Shown piece after piece: positions 21,675-31,008 of a stretch of DNA of 64,000 nt. The translations under genes and the position numbers were made by a program. Every line of letters begins with the position of its first letter. Positions within the stretch are counted from its first letter, which is position 1. Origin of the DNA: a bacterium (GTDB taxonomy: Bacteria > UBA8248 > JACPRG01 > G963555815); the NCBI GenBank assembly GCA_965261595.1, contig CBDHDG010000005.1, forward strand, positions 64,001 to 128,000. Direction: 5' to 3'. The notes beneath the pieces are model-generated. The model saw nothing but the letters and a program-made list of their open reading frames with translations, did not search any database and had not been told where the DNA came from.

Positions 21675-22697
21675 ACGAAGATCACCTCGAATCCGAAACT
21701 CCTCCCCGGCAAACTGCCCCCGGAGCTTCTGAGCCGGATCCTGGCGGCCGGGCCCGTTGAAGACCCCCGTGTCGTCGCGGGTCCCGCCGTAGGCTGGGAC
21801 GCCGCCGTCCTCGATTTCGGCGACCGCTATCTGATCGCCAAGACCGATCCCATCACACACGCCACGGATGAGATCGGCTGGTTCGCCGTCCACGTCAACG
21901 CCAACGACATCGCCTGCCTGGGGGGCGTGCCGAGGTGGTTCCTGGCCTCGCTGCTTCTCCCCGAGGCGTCGGCCGACAAAGGGCTGGCCGAGCGGATCTT
22001 TGCCGACATCCGGCGGGGGTGCGCGGAGATCGGTGTCTCGCTTGTCGGGGGCCACACGGAGATCACCTTCGACCTTCCGCGTCCGGTGGTGGCCGGGACG
22101 ATGCTCGGCGAGGTGGAGCGGCGCAGGCTTGTCACGCCTGAAGGGGCGAAAGCCGGGGACGCCGTCGTCCTGACCAAAGGGATCCCGCTGGAGGCCGTGG
22201 CCATCATGGCCCGGGAGCGGCGGGAGGACCTGGCTCGGGTCTTCGGAAGCGAGGTGGTGGACGCCGCCGCGCGGCTCCTCTACGAGCCGGGCATCAGCGT
22301 CGTCCGCGACGCCCGCATCGCCTGTGACGCCGTCTCGGTCCACGCCATGCACGACCCGACCGAAGGGGGGCTCGCCACGGCGGTCAACGAGCTGTCGCGC
22401 GCGACGGGGCTGGGCGTCCTCATCGAGGCGGAGAAAATTCCCGTCCTGGAGGCGGGGAGGATGTTTTGCGACCACCTGGGGTTGGATCCCCTGGGGGCGT
22501 TTGCGTCGGGCGCGCTGCTCATCTGTGTGGACCCGGCCGACGTCAAGACGCTTCTTGCCGCCTTGGGGGAAGCCGGAATCCCGGCCGAGGCCATCGGCGA
22601 GATGCGGCCGGAAGGCGAAGGGGTTCGGATGTTGAAGGACGGCCGAAAAACGGAAATCCCCGTATTCAACATGGACGAGATAGGGAAGATTTTTTAA
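21675..22697 (+). CDS. AIR synthase-related (HypE/ThiL/SelD fold) protein
   Basis: GKLPPELL...GPAVGWDAAV, KTDPIT, NANDIA, GGHTEIT, HAMHDPTEGG; no ATG/GTG/TTG upstream of the conserved N-terminus. Confidence 0.85.
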   Translation, partial: TKITSNPKLLPGKLPPELLSRILAAGPVEDPRVVAGPAVGWDAAVLDFGDRYLIAKTDPITHATDEIGWFAVHVNANDIACLGGVPRWFLASLLLPEASADKGLAERIFADIRRGCAEIGVSLVGGHTEITFDLPRPVVAGTMLGEVERRRLVTPEGAKAGDAVVLTKGIPLEAVAIMARERREDLARVFGSEVVDAAARLLYEPGISVVRDARIACDAVSVHAMHDPTEGGLATAVNELSRATGLGVLIEAEKIPVLEAGRMFCDHLGLDPLGAFASGALLICVDPADVKTLLAALGEAGIPAEAIGEMRPEGEGVRMLKDGRKTEIPVFNMDEIGKIF

Positions 22698-22770
22698 ATC
22701 GGGATGGCGGGCTTGCGGCCGGAAAGCCGCCTGGCCCGGCGGACCCGCCAAGCGCCGGAGAGAGGTCTTG

Positions 22771-23373
22771 ATGTCAGGTCAATACCGCGGGGTGCTCTTC
22801 GATTTCGACGGCACCCTCACGAAACCCTTTTTCGACTGGATTCGGATGAGGGACGAGATGGGGTTCGAGACGGACTTGGACATCCTGGATTATCTGTCCA
22901 GGGCGGAAGGGGCCGAGCGCTCGCGCGTCGAGGAGATCTTGTTCCGTCATGAGGCCGCCGCTTCGGAGGGGGCGGAATTGGCCGAAGGCGTCGAGCCGGT
23001 CTTGGGGCTTCTGGCCTCCCGGTCCGTGCCCGTGGGGATTGTTACGAACAATACCTACCCCAACGTCGAGCCGGTCCTGGAGCGGTTCGGCCTCGAGTTT
23101 CGGGCGGTTGTGACAAGGGATATCGGTGTGTGGAAACCCGACCCCAGGCAGGTGGAAGCCGGGTGCAGGGCCCTGGGGCTTCCGGCGTCTCGGGTGATTT
23201 TCATCGGGGATGGCCGGTACGACATGATGGCCGGCCGAGAGGCGGGAACGCTCAACATCGGCCTGCTGAATACGACCCAGAAGCGGACGGAATTCATCCG
23301 GTTGTGTGATCACGCCGTCGAGAACCTTCACGAAGCCATCCCCCTGTTGGAGGGTCTTCTCGCGAAGGAATGA
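22771..23373 (+). CDS. HAD-superfamily hydrolase
   Basis: FDFDGTL, VTNN, KPDP, IGDGRYD. Confidence 0.9.
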   Translation: MSGQYRGVLFDFDGTLTKPFFDWIRMRDEMGFETDLDILDYLSRAEGAERSRVEEILFRHEAAASEGAELAEGVEPVLGLLASRSVPVGIVTNNTYPNVEPVLERFGLEFRAVVTRDIGVWKPDPRQVEAGCRALGLPASRVIFIGDGRYDMMAGREAGTLNIGLLNTTQKRTEFIRLCDHAVENLHEAIPLLEGLLAKE

Positions 23374-23459
23374 TCCGCCGGGATTCCTTCAACCCGTAGA
23401 AAGGTTTTCCGGACGGATGGGATGACCGGGTTCAAGCCTCGGCCGGGTTGGCGGCCGGC

Positions 23460-23597
23460 TCAAGAGAGCGCGGCGGTCGCGAGGTTCTTGGCGCGCTGCG
23501 CCAGCGCCAGGATCCCGGCGATGATGAGCGCCCCGACTCCGATCAAGACCGCGACGCTCAGCCCGAACACAGCACTCGCTGCTTTCGTGACGGTCAT
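23460..23597 (-). CDS. 45-aa single-TM small protein
   Basis: GGAG RBS; MTVTKAASAVFGLSVAVLIGVGALIIAGILALAQRAKNLATAALS. Confidence 0.5.
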   Translation of the reverse strand: MTVTKAASAVFGLSVAVLIGVGALIIAGILALAQRAKNLATAALS

Positions 23598-24351
23598 TTC
23601 CGGATCTCCACTGGCAATCCCTCGATTCCGGGGGATTCACTCCCTCTATGAGAAGCAATCCACGTGCCATTTGCGCGGATTCGCCGTTCCGGGGGATCTC
23701 AACGGGAATTTCGAGTGGAGACGCTTTTCGGGGGGGTCGGTTGACCCCTTGCCCGCCTTCTCTGCTTAGTTGCACGATGTGACCGCCTGCTTGCCGTAGT
23801 ATCTCGTGACGCAGTATTGCCAGGTTGTTTTCTTCTTCCGCCAATGATAACGGGGCGGGGGGGATCGGAACCTCTCGTCCGGATCGGGCGGGCCGTCCAC
23901 CCGGTCCGCCTGGGAAGAGGCGCGGTCTCCCGGCCGGGGTGGAAGGGGGGTGCGCGAGCTTCGCGATCCGGGTGTCGGCACCGGTGATCCCAGGGGGCGG
24001 CTCGGTGTTCGGTCCCTGGGGCCTCTGAGGTCTATGGTCTTCTTCCTCTTTCTCTCATTGTACGGCGTTGTGTGAAGCCCTTGGGGTGTGGCGGGGGACG
24101 TGAAAGTCCCGCTCCCTTTGTACGGGCGGGTGAAAGTGCCGCTTTTGTTCAGGCGCCCGCGTCGAGAACGCGGCGAGTCGCCCGAGCCGGTGCTGGGCAG
24201 TTTCCTCTGGGCGAGCTTCATCAATGGGGCAAGCTCAATCCATCCCCGACCAACGCTTTGCGCGGCCGGTCCGCGTGTGTCCGTCGGACCCGGCGGCAAG
24301 GCCGCGGCGGGGCGGAGAAAAGGAGCGCGGAAAGGACCGAGAGGAATGGCT

Positions 24352-25116
24352 TCAAGGCCGAGCCTCCCCATGGGAAGGTCCGGGGTCATTTTGCGATCCC
24401 TCCCCCACCCCCCCTCCCCCCCCGTCCTTGTTGCGGGCAAAAACACGAAACACCAGGCTTCCCGCCAGGAGAACCGACACGGCGATCACCGCCCAAACCC
24501 AAATGTTTGCCATCCCGAGGTGTTCTCCAAGCCAGGAATAAACCAGGACCGCGGGGATCATCCCGAGGCCGGTGGCGAGGGCGAAGTCCAGGACGGACAT
24601 GCGGGTCAGACCCGCGCCGTAACTGATGGGGTCGAACGGGACGATGGGGATGAGGCGGGCGACGAACACCGCGTACTTCCCATGTTTTCGGAAGAACCGG
24701 TCGGCGAGCCGGATTCCCGCTTGGCCGACCAGGCGCTCGACAACGGGCCTCCCCAGCCCGTCCGCGATGAAAAAGCAGATCAGCGCCGCGGCCAGCGCGC
24801 TCGACCAGGACAGGAGCCCCCCCCAAAAAGCGCCGAAGATCGTGCCGTTCGCCAGGGTGATCACAAAGGCGGGCAGGGGGGCGATGACGGCCTGAAGGAT
24901 CATCAGAACGCCCGACGCCACCGGAGCCCAGATCCCGAAGGAAAGGATATAGGCCCTCAAGGCGCCCATGTCTCCCATCGAGAGGACGTCCAGGGAGCGG
25001 CGGACGTTTTCCGAGACGGCGGGAATGAAAAGATAAGCGCCGGCGCCGAGAACCAGGAGTCCCGCGATTGTCCACGTTTTGAGCCGGGAGTGCGGCCGGA
25101 CCTGTGAGGATGCCAT
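24352..25116 (-). CDS. TVP38/TMEM64 (DedA/SNARE-associated) membrane protein
   Basis: LQAVIAPLPAFVITLANG, RLIPIVPFDPISYGAGLT. Confidence 0.9.
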   Translation of the reverse strand: MASSQVRPHSRLKTWTIAGLLVLGAGAYLFIPAVSENVRRSLDVLSMGDMGALRAYILSFGIWAPVASGVLMILQAVIAPLPAFVITLANGTIFGAFWGGLLSWSSALAAALICFFIADGLGRPVVERLVGQAGIRLADRFFRKHGKYAVFVARLIPIVPFDPISYGAGLTRMSVLDFALATGLGMIPAVLVYSWLGEHLGMANIWVWAVIAVSVLLAGSLVFRVFARNKDGGGGGVGEGSQNDPGPSHGEARP

Positions 25117-25191
25117 CGAACCCCGCCGGTTTCAGAGCGCGCGGCCCGCTCGCCGCGCCGGGCTCATGCGGCCCCGTTCAAGCCCCGCAGC

Positions 25192-26295
25192 CTACGGAAC
25201 AACGCGGATGCGCCCGCTTTCTTCGTCGATCACCTTCCCGATGATCGCCGGGGCCGGGACGCCGGCCGCCTTCATCTTCCCGACCAGGGATTCAGCCCGG
25301 GCCGGGTCGATGGAGATCAGGAGCGGGCCGGAGGTCTGGGCGTCGCACAACACGGCGAACTCGTTCTCGCCCACCCCGGATTCCAGACGGACGAATTTCC
25401 GCACCCATTGCCGGTTCCGCTCACCGCCGCCCTTGGTGCCGTTGATGGCGTGGGCCTCGATCCCGTCGTACTTGGGGACGGCGGCATAGGAGATCTCGAA
25501 CCCGGCGCCGCTGGCCTCGGCCACATTGTGGGCGTGGCCCAGCAGGCCGAACCCGGTGATGTCCGTGCAGGCGCCCGCGCCGGCCTCCGTCATCAGCTCC
25601 CCGGCGGTCCGGTTCAGGGTTTTCATTCCCTCGAGGGCTTCCTCATACACCTCGTCGCGGATCGCCTTGTGTCCGTTGCCGCCCGAAATCATCCCCAGTA
25701 TTTTCCCGAACCCGGTCCGGGTCTTGCGCATGTTGGTGATGATTCCCGTGCCGATCTTTTTCGTCAGGATCAAGACGTCGCCGGGTTTCGCGCCCGTGTT
25801 GGTGATCATCTTCCGCGGGTCGACCGTGCCCGTGACGGCGATCCCGTACTTGGGCTCGGGGTCGTCCACGCTGTGCCCGCCGAGGATGACGCCGCCGGCC
25901 TCCATCATCTTCTCGGCCCCGCCCCGGAGGATCTCCCCCAGGGGCTCCAAACCGAGATGACAGGGAAAGGCCACAAGGTTCAGTCCCGTCACCACGCGGG
26001 CGCCCATGGTGAAGCAATCGCTCAACGCGTTGGCGGCGGCGATGGCCCCGAAGTCGTACGGGTCGTCCACAATGGGGGTGAAGAAATCCACGGTTTGGAC
26101 GATGGCCAAGTCTTCGCGGAGTCGATAGACCCCCGTATCGTCTCCGGCGTTGGAGCCGAAAAGAAGATTCGGGTCGGTGAAGGAAGGCAGCCCTTCCAGG
26201 GCGGCTCGAAGGTCCTCGGGACCGATCTTGCTCCCTCAGCCGCCGGCTTTGACAAGGCGGGTCAGCAGGAGTTTTTCTTCGCTCGCGGTCGGCAA
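25192..26295 (-). CDS. selD: Selenide, water dikinase (selenoprotein, Sec at codon 20)
   Basis: GGAGG plus TTG start; LTRLVKAGG-TGA-GSKI in frame with DDTGVY, TVDFFTP, ANALSD, TDITGFGLLGH, DAQTSG. Confidence 0.93.
26211..26235 (-). promoter_or_regulatory. Putative bacterial SECIS hairpin
   Basis: GGUCC-CGA-GGACC stem starting 12 nt after the UGA. Confidence 0.6.
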
Positions 26296-26880
26296 CGCTT
26301 TTCCTCCGCAGGTCATCGGGGCCCATCGATTTCGATGGGGTGGTTTCCCCTTCTGTTCCCATATCTACAGACACCCTCAAGTCCGATCCAACTTCTTTGA
26401 AATATAGCACGGCGCCAAAGGGGTGTCTTGCCGGCGCGGCGATCCCCCCCCCTCCCTCTTTGTTGAAAAACGGCCCTTTGCCGGAGAAATTTAAAAACAT
26501 GACGCGGATCATGTTCTCGTGTTCCGCCGGGACGTATACTTAGGAACGAAGAATGAGGTTGTGGGGCCCCGGCCCCGGTGGCGGCGTCTTCCGCGGGTGT
26601 CCCCCCCGACCGACTGCGGGGAGCGAAGCGCCGGGCCGGGGCACCCGTAGCCTTGTTCGGCTTGCCGCCCCACCCGTGCAATCCGCTTCTCCCGCACCCG
26701 CCGCTGTCTGTCCCTTATCCATCCAAACCGGTCATCACGGGCTTCGGACCGCCCGATTCCTGTGTTATCATCCTTACCTGGGAGGAGCGCGCGGCGGCCC
26801 GATGGCGGCGGCGCGCTTGAGTCCCAACGACCGATTTCAGTTCCTCTTCTCTAGATTTCGAAAGAAAACCGGGGGATGAG

Positions 26881-29205
26881 ATGACCCAGACGAAGGATCT
26901 GCGCGGTTCCGATGGGGGTTACGCAACGGTCGGCAAGCCGCTGCCGCGGTTGGATGGACCGGAAAAAGCCCTGGGGACCGCTGTGTTCGGCGATGACGTT
27001 TCCCTGCCCGGCGAGCTTGTGGGACGGATCCTGCGAAGTCCGCTGCCCCACGCCCGAATCGTGAGCATTGATGTCGAGGCGGCCCGGAGCCTGCCCGGCG
27101 TTCATGCCGTCCTGACGGGCGGGGACATCCCCGACGTCCGTTACGGCACGATCATCAAGGATCGGCGCGCCCTGGCCCTTGAAAAGGTCCGCCACGTGGG
27201 CGACCCGGTGGCCCTCGTGGCGGCGGAGGATGGCGAGACGGCCGAAGCCGCCCTCGGACTCATCCGGGTCGAGTTCGAGGAGCTTCCGGCCCTGTTCGAT
27301 CCGGTCGAAACGATGGCCGAGGAGAAGGTCCTCATCCATGAGGAGTTCGCTCGGTACGAAGGGCCGAAGATTTATGAGAGGCGGGCCAACATCTGCACCG
27401 TCAAGACCGATGTCGTGGGCGACCCGGACGCGGCCTGGGACCGGGCGGAGATCGTCATCGAGGGCGAGTTCGACACCCACGGCGTCCACGCCGGGTACAT
27501 CGAGCCGCACGCGGCCCTGGCATCGGTCGACCGGACCGGGAAGGTGACGGTCTGGACCACCACCCAGGGGTCTTTCGGCTGCCGGGATCAAACGGCCCGG
27601 GTGATGGGACTGGCCCTCCATCAGGTCAACGTCATCCCGACGGCCGTCGGGGGGGGATTCGGGGCGAAGATGCCGGTCCTGATCGAGCCCCTGGCCGCGC
27701 TTTTGGCCGCCGCCGCCGGCCGGCCGGTGAAGATCCTTCTGAGCCGGGAAGAGGACACCGAGGGGAGCACGCCGCGTCATCCGACGGTGACCCGATCCCG
27801 GCTGGGGGCCGACCGGAAAGGCAACCTTCTGGTCCGGGAGGTTGATTTCTACATGGACACGGGCGCCTACGCCGATTTCGCCCCCAACATGGCCAACACC
27901 CGGGCCCAGATGGCCGTGGGCCCATACCGCGTCCCGAACGCGCGGGTGAACATCTACGCGGTCTACACGAACAAGCCGAGTTGCAGCATCGTCCGCGCGC
28001 CCGCCGGCCCTCAACTGACGTATGTGACCGAAAGCCAGATGGACGAGCTGGCGCGCCGGGTCGGACTGGACCCCTTCGAGCTGAGGGCGCGGAACTCCCT
28101 GCGGCGCGGGGATGAAGGGATGGACGGGAAGCTGAACTTCAACATCAGCCTCCCGGAAACCCTGAGCCGGGTGCGGGAGGCGGCGGGTCCGCCCTTGAAG
28201 AACGGGGACGGGCGTCTCTACGGCCGGGGCGTGGCGAGCAGCTTCTGGAAAGGCCCCGCCGGCGCGGCGAGTTGCAGCGTCCGTCTGGATGACGACGGCA
28301 CGGCGCGGGTCATCACGGGCTCGATCGACATCACGGGCTCGAGCACGTCCATCGCCCAAGTGGTGGCGGAGGAGCTGGGCCTGGGGCTCGACCGGGTCAG
28401 CGTCATCACGGCGGACACGGACTCTGGGTCTTTATCGCCGGGAAGCGGCGGCAGCCAAGTCACCCGGGCCTTGAGCACGTCGGCCCAACAGGCCGCCCTG
28501 TCGGCCAAGCAACAAATCCTGGAGACCGCGGCCGCGAAGCTCGAGGCCCACGTGGAGGACCTTGTCCTGGCGGACGGGCGGGTGACGGTCCGCTCCTCCC
28601 CCGAGCTCAGCATTTCGCTCGAGGAGGTCCTCTCGGCGGCCAAGTCAATCCGCGGCCCCATCTTCGGACATGGAATCTCCCCGAACCTGCCCGCGGCGCC
28701 CATCTACGTCACCCAGGTCGCCGACGTGGCGGTGGACCCCGAGACCGGCGAGGTGGAGATCCTCCGGGTCGTCTCCGCCCAGGACGTGGGGTTCGCCATC
28801 AACCCCCTCAGCATCGAGGGCCAGATTGAAGGCGCGGTTTTGCAGGGGATGGGCTACGCGACGATGGAGGAGCTGAAAATCGAGGACGGCCGCATCTTGA
28901 ACCCGGACCTGGACGGGTACATCCTGCCCACCGCGCAGGACGCGTTTGATGTGGTTCCCATCATCGTCGAGGAGGCGGCGCCGGAAGGCGCCTACGGCGT
29001 CCGGGGGGTCGGAGAGCCGCCCATCATCTGCACGCTGGGCGCCATGGCCAACGCTGTGTACGACGCCTCGGGCGTCCGGGTGACGCGTTTGCCGATCAGC
29101 CCCGAGCGCGTCGTGAAGGGTCTGCGCGAGAACGCCGCCCCGCCCCGGGGCGGTCTCCGAGAAGATTCCCGGTTGAGGGGGGGGCCGTCATGGCGGACAC
29201 CCTGA
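26881..29205 (+). CDS. Xanthine dehydrogenase-family molybdopterin-binding subunit
   Basis: LRSPLPHARI, VGGGFGAK, GQIEGAVLQGMG, GVGEPP. Confidence 0.92.
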   Translation: MTQTKDLRGSDGGYATVGKPLPRLDGPEKALGTAVFGDDVSLPGELVGRILRSPLPHARIVSIDVEAARSLPGVHAVLTGGDIPDVRYGTIIKDRRALALEKVRHVGDPVALVAAEDGETAEAALGLIRVEFEELPALFDPVETMAEEKVLIHEEFARYEGPKIYERRANICTVKTDVVGDPDAAWDRAEIVIEGEFDTHGVHAGYIEPHAALASVDRTGKVTVWTTTQGSFGCRDQTARVMGLALHQVNVIPTAVGGGFGAKMPVLIEPLAALLAAAAGRPVKILLSREEDTEGSTPRHPTVTRSRLGADRKGNLLVREVDFYMDTGAYADFAPNMANTRAQMAVGPYRVPNARVNIYAVYTNKPSCSIVRAPAGPQLTYVTESQMDELARRVGLDPFELRARNSLRRGDEGMDGKLNFNISLPETLSRVREAAGPPLKNGDGRLYGRGVASSFWKGPAGAASCSVRLDDDGTARVITGSIDITGSSTSIAQVVAEELGLGLDRVSVITADTDSGSLSPGSGGSQVTRALSTSAQQAALSAKQQILETAAAKLEAHVEDLVLADGRVTVRSSPELSISLEEVLSAAKSIRGPIFGHGISPNLPAAPIYVTQVADVAVDPETGEVEILRVVSAQDVGFAINPLSIEGQIEGAVLQGMGYATMEELKIEDGRILNPDLDGYILPTAQDAFDVVPIIVEEAAPEGAYGVRGVGEPPIICTLGAMANAVYDASGVRVTRLPISPERVVKGLRENAAPPRGGLREDSRLRGGPSWRTP

Positions 29206-30845
29206 TCGAGGTTTTCGAGGAGAGCGTTCGCGCGTTCGCGGCCCGGACCGTTTCCGAGCGGGAGGGCGGGGCCGGTAAGGTTCGCGCGTTAACGTATGCC
29301 GAGTTTGCTGGGAAGAGCCGCGGGGTGGCCTGGCAGCTCTCCGGCCTGGGCGTTCGTCCCGGCGACAATGTGGGGGTCCTGTCCGATAACCGGCCAGAAT
29401 GGGGGATCGCGTTCTTCGGCGTTCTCCTGGCCGGGGCGGTGGTCATTCCCCTCGACATCCACCTGAAGCCCGCGGAGCTTGCGAACATCCTGTCCCGCTC
29501 GGGAGCCCGGGTCTGCGTCGCCGGCGCGGAGGCGGACGAGACCCTCGCCGGAGCGCGTCCGTCCACCCCCGCCCTCGATCACATCGTCTCCATGGATGAC
29601 GCCGGCTTCGGGCCGTCGCGCGAGGACTCGCCCGAGATCCCGCCGCCCGACCCCGACGCGGTGGCCGTCATCCCTTTTTCATCGGGGACGACCGGTGTTC
29701 CCAAGGGCGTGATGCTTTCTCAGCGAAACCTGGCGAGCAACGTCCAATCCATCCTGGACCTTTGCATCTATGAGACGGGCGGCAATCTGCTCTCGATCCT
29801 TCCGCTCCATCACACGTTCGAGCTGACGGCGGGCTTCCTGACGCCTTTCGCCAAGGGCGTTAAGGTTTTTTATCTGAACGCAATCTCGCCCCGAGCCATC
29901 TCGGCCGCCCTGGCCGAGCGGGAGATCACGGTCTGCCTGGTCGTTCCCGCGTTGGTGCGGCTGTTTCACAAGAACATCTTCAGACAGGTGGAGAAGCAGA
30001 CGGGCTTGCGGAAGGTGTCGTTCCGGGTCCTGTTCGGGGTGAGCCGGGCGGGGTTGGGCGTGGGGCTTCGGTTGGGGAAGGTGTTTTTCGGCCCCATCCG
30101 GAAGCGGTTCGGCGAGGGCTTCCGGTATTTCTTCAGCGGCGGAGCGGCCCTGGACCCCAACGTCGAGCGCGACCTCCGGGTCTTGGGTCTGGAGGTCCTT
30201 CAGGGATACGGCCTGACGGAAACCTCCCCGGTGTCGAACGTGAATCCGCCGGGGAAGAACAAAATCGGGACGGTGGGCCCCCCGGTGCCGAGGGTGGAGG
30301 TGAAGCTGGGGCCCGTCGAGGGGGCCGGACCGGGGGAGGGGGAAGTGCTCATCCGGGGGCCGAACGTGATGCTGGGCTACTTCGAGAACCCCGAGGGGAC
30401 GGCGGAGGTGCTGGTCGACGGGTGGTTCCACACCGGGGACATCGGCCGGCTGGACGGGGACGGATACCTCTCCATCTGCGGGCGGTCCAAGAGCGTCATC
30501 GTCTCCGAGGCGGGCAAGAACATCTATCCCGAGGAGGTCGAGGACGAGTTGATGCAGAGTCCGTACTTCCAGGAGGTGTGCGTCCTCGGCAGGAAGTCGG
30601 AGAAGGGCGGCGAGGAGGTGTTCGCTGTCATCGTCCCGAACGAGGACGCGTTCAAGGACCGGGGCGAGACGGGCCGGGAGGAGGAGATCATCGCGCGCGA
30701 GGTCAAAGCCGCTTCATCGCGCCTGGCCGACTACAAGCGCGTCCAGAAGTTCGGCGTCGTGGACCAGGAGCTCCCCAAGACCACCACGCTCAAGCACAAG
30801 CGGCCGGAGATCGTCAAGCTGTTGGAGGAGAAGGGGATTTGGTAA
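29190..30845 (+). CDS. Long-chain acyl-CoA ligase (AMP-binding)
   Basis: SSGTTGVPKGV, QGYGLTETSP, GWFHTGD, GKNIYPEE. Confidence 0.92.
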   Translation: MADTLIEVFEESVRAFAARTVSEREGGAGKVRALTYAEFAGKSRGVAWQLSGLGVRPGDNVGVLSDNRPEWGIAFFGVLLAGAVVIPLDIHLKPAELANILSRSGARVCVAGAEADETLAGARPSTPALDHIVSMDDAGFGPSREDSPEIPPPDPDAVAVIPFSSGTTGVPKGVMLSQRNLASNVQSILDLCIYETGGNLLSILPLHHTFELTAGFLTPFAKGVKVFYLNAISPRAISAALAEREITVCLVVPALVRLFHKNIFRQVEKQTGLRKVSFRVLFGVSRAGLGVGLRLGKVFFGPIRKRFGEGFRYFFSGGAALDPNVERDLRVLGLEVLQGYGLTETSPVSNVNPPGKNKIGTVGPPVPRVEVKLGPVEGAGPGEGEVLIRGPNVMLGYFENPEGTAEVLVDGWFHTGDIGRLDGDGYLSICGRSKSVIVSEAGKNIYPEEVEDELMQSPYFQEVCVLGRKSEKGGEEVFAVIVPNEDAFKDRGETGREEEIIAREVKAASSRLADYKRVQKFGVVDQELPKTTTLKHKRPEIVKLLEEKGIW

Positions 30846-30853
30846 ACACGGAA

Positions 30854-31008
30854 TAGAACCTATCTCAATATCCCATTTCACACTCCTTGGGCCTTTTGTC
30901 GTCATTCCCGCGAAAGCGGGAATCCAGTGTTTTCAAGCTGTTCTGGATGCCCGCTTACGACATGCGGGCATGACGGGTAGGGCGCCATCAATTTTGAGAT
31001 AGGTTCTA
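30854..31008. mobile_element. MITE with internal GTCATTCCCGCGAAAGCGGGAATC palindrome
   Basis: 15-bp perfect TIR TAGAACCTATCTCAA/TTGAGATAGGTTCTA; internal stem-loops. Confidence 0.75.

Noticed and set aside
21391..21732. 113-aa ORF upstream of the AIR-synthase-like gene
   Set aside because: No recognisable motif and overlaps the true N-terminus in another frame
26881..29205. Form I CO dehydrogenase CoxL
   Set aside because: Lacks the AYXCSFR active-site motif and adjacent coxM/coxS
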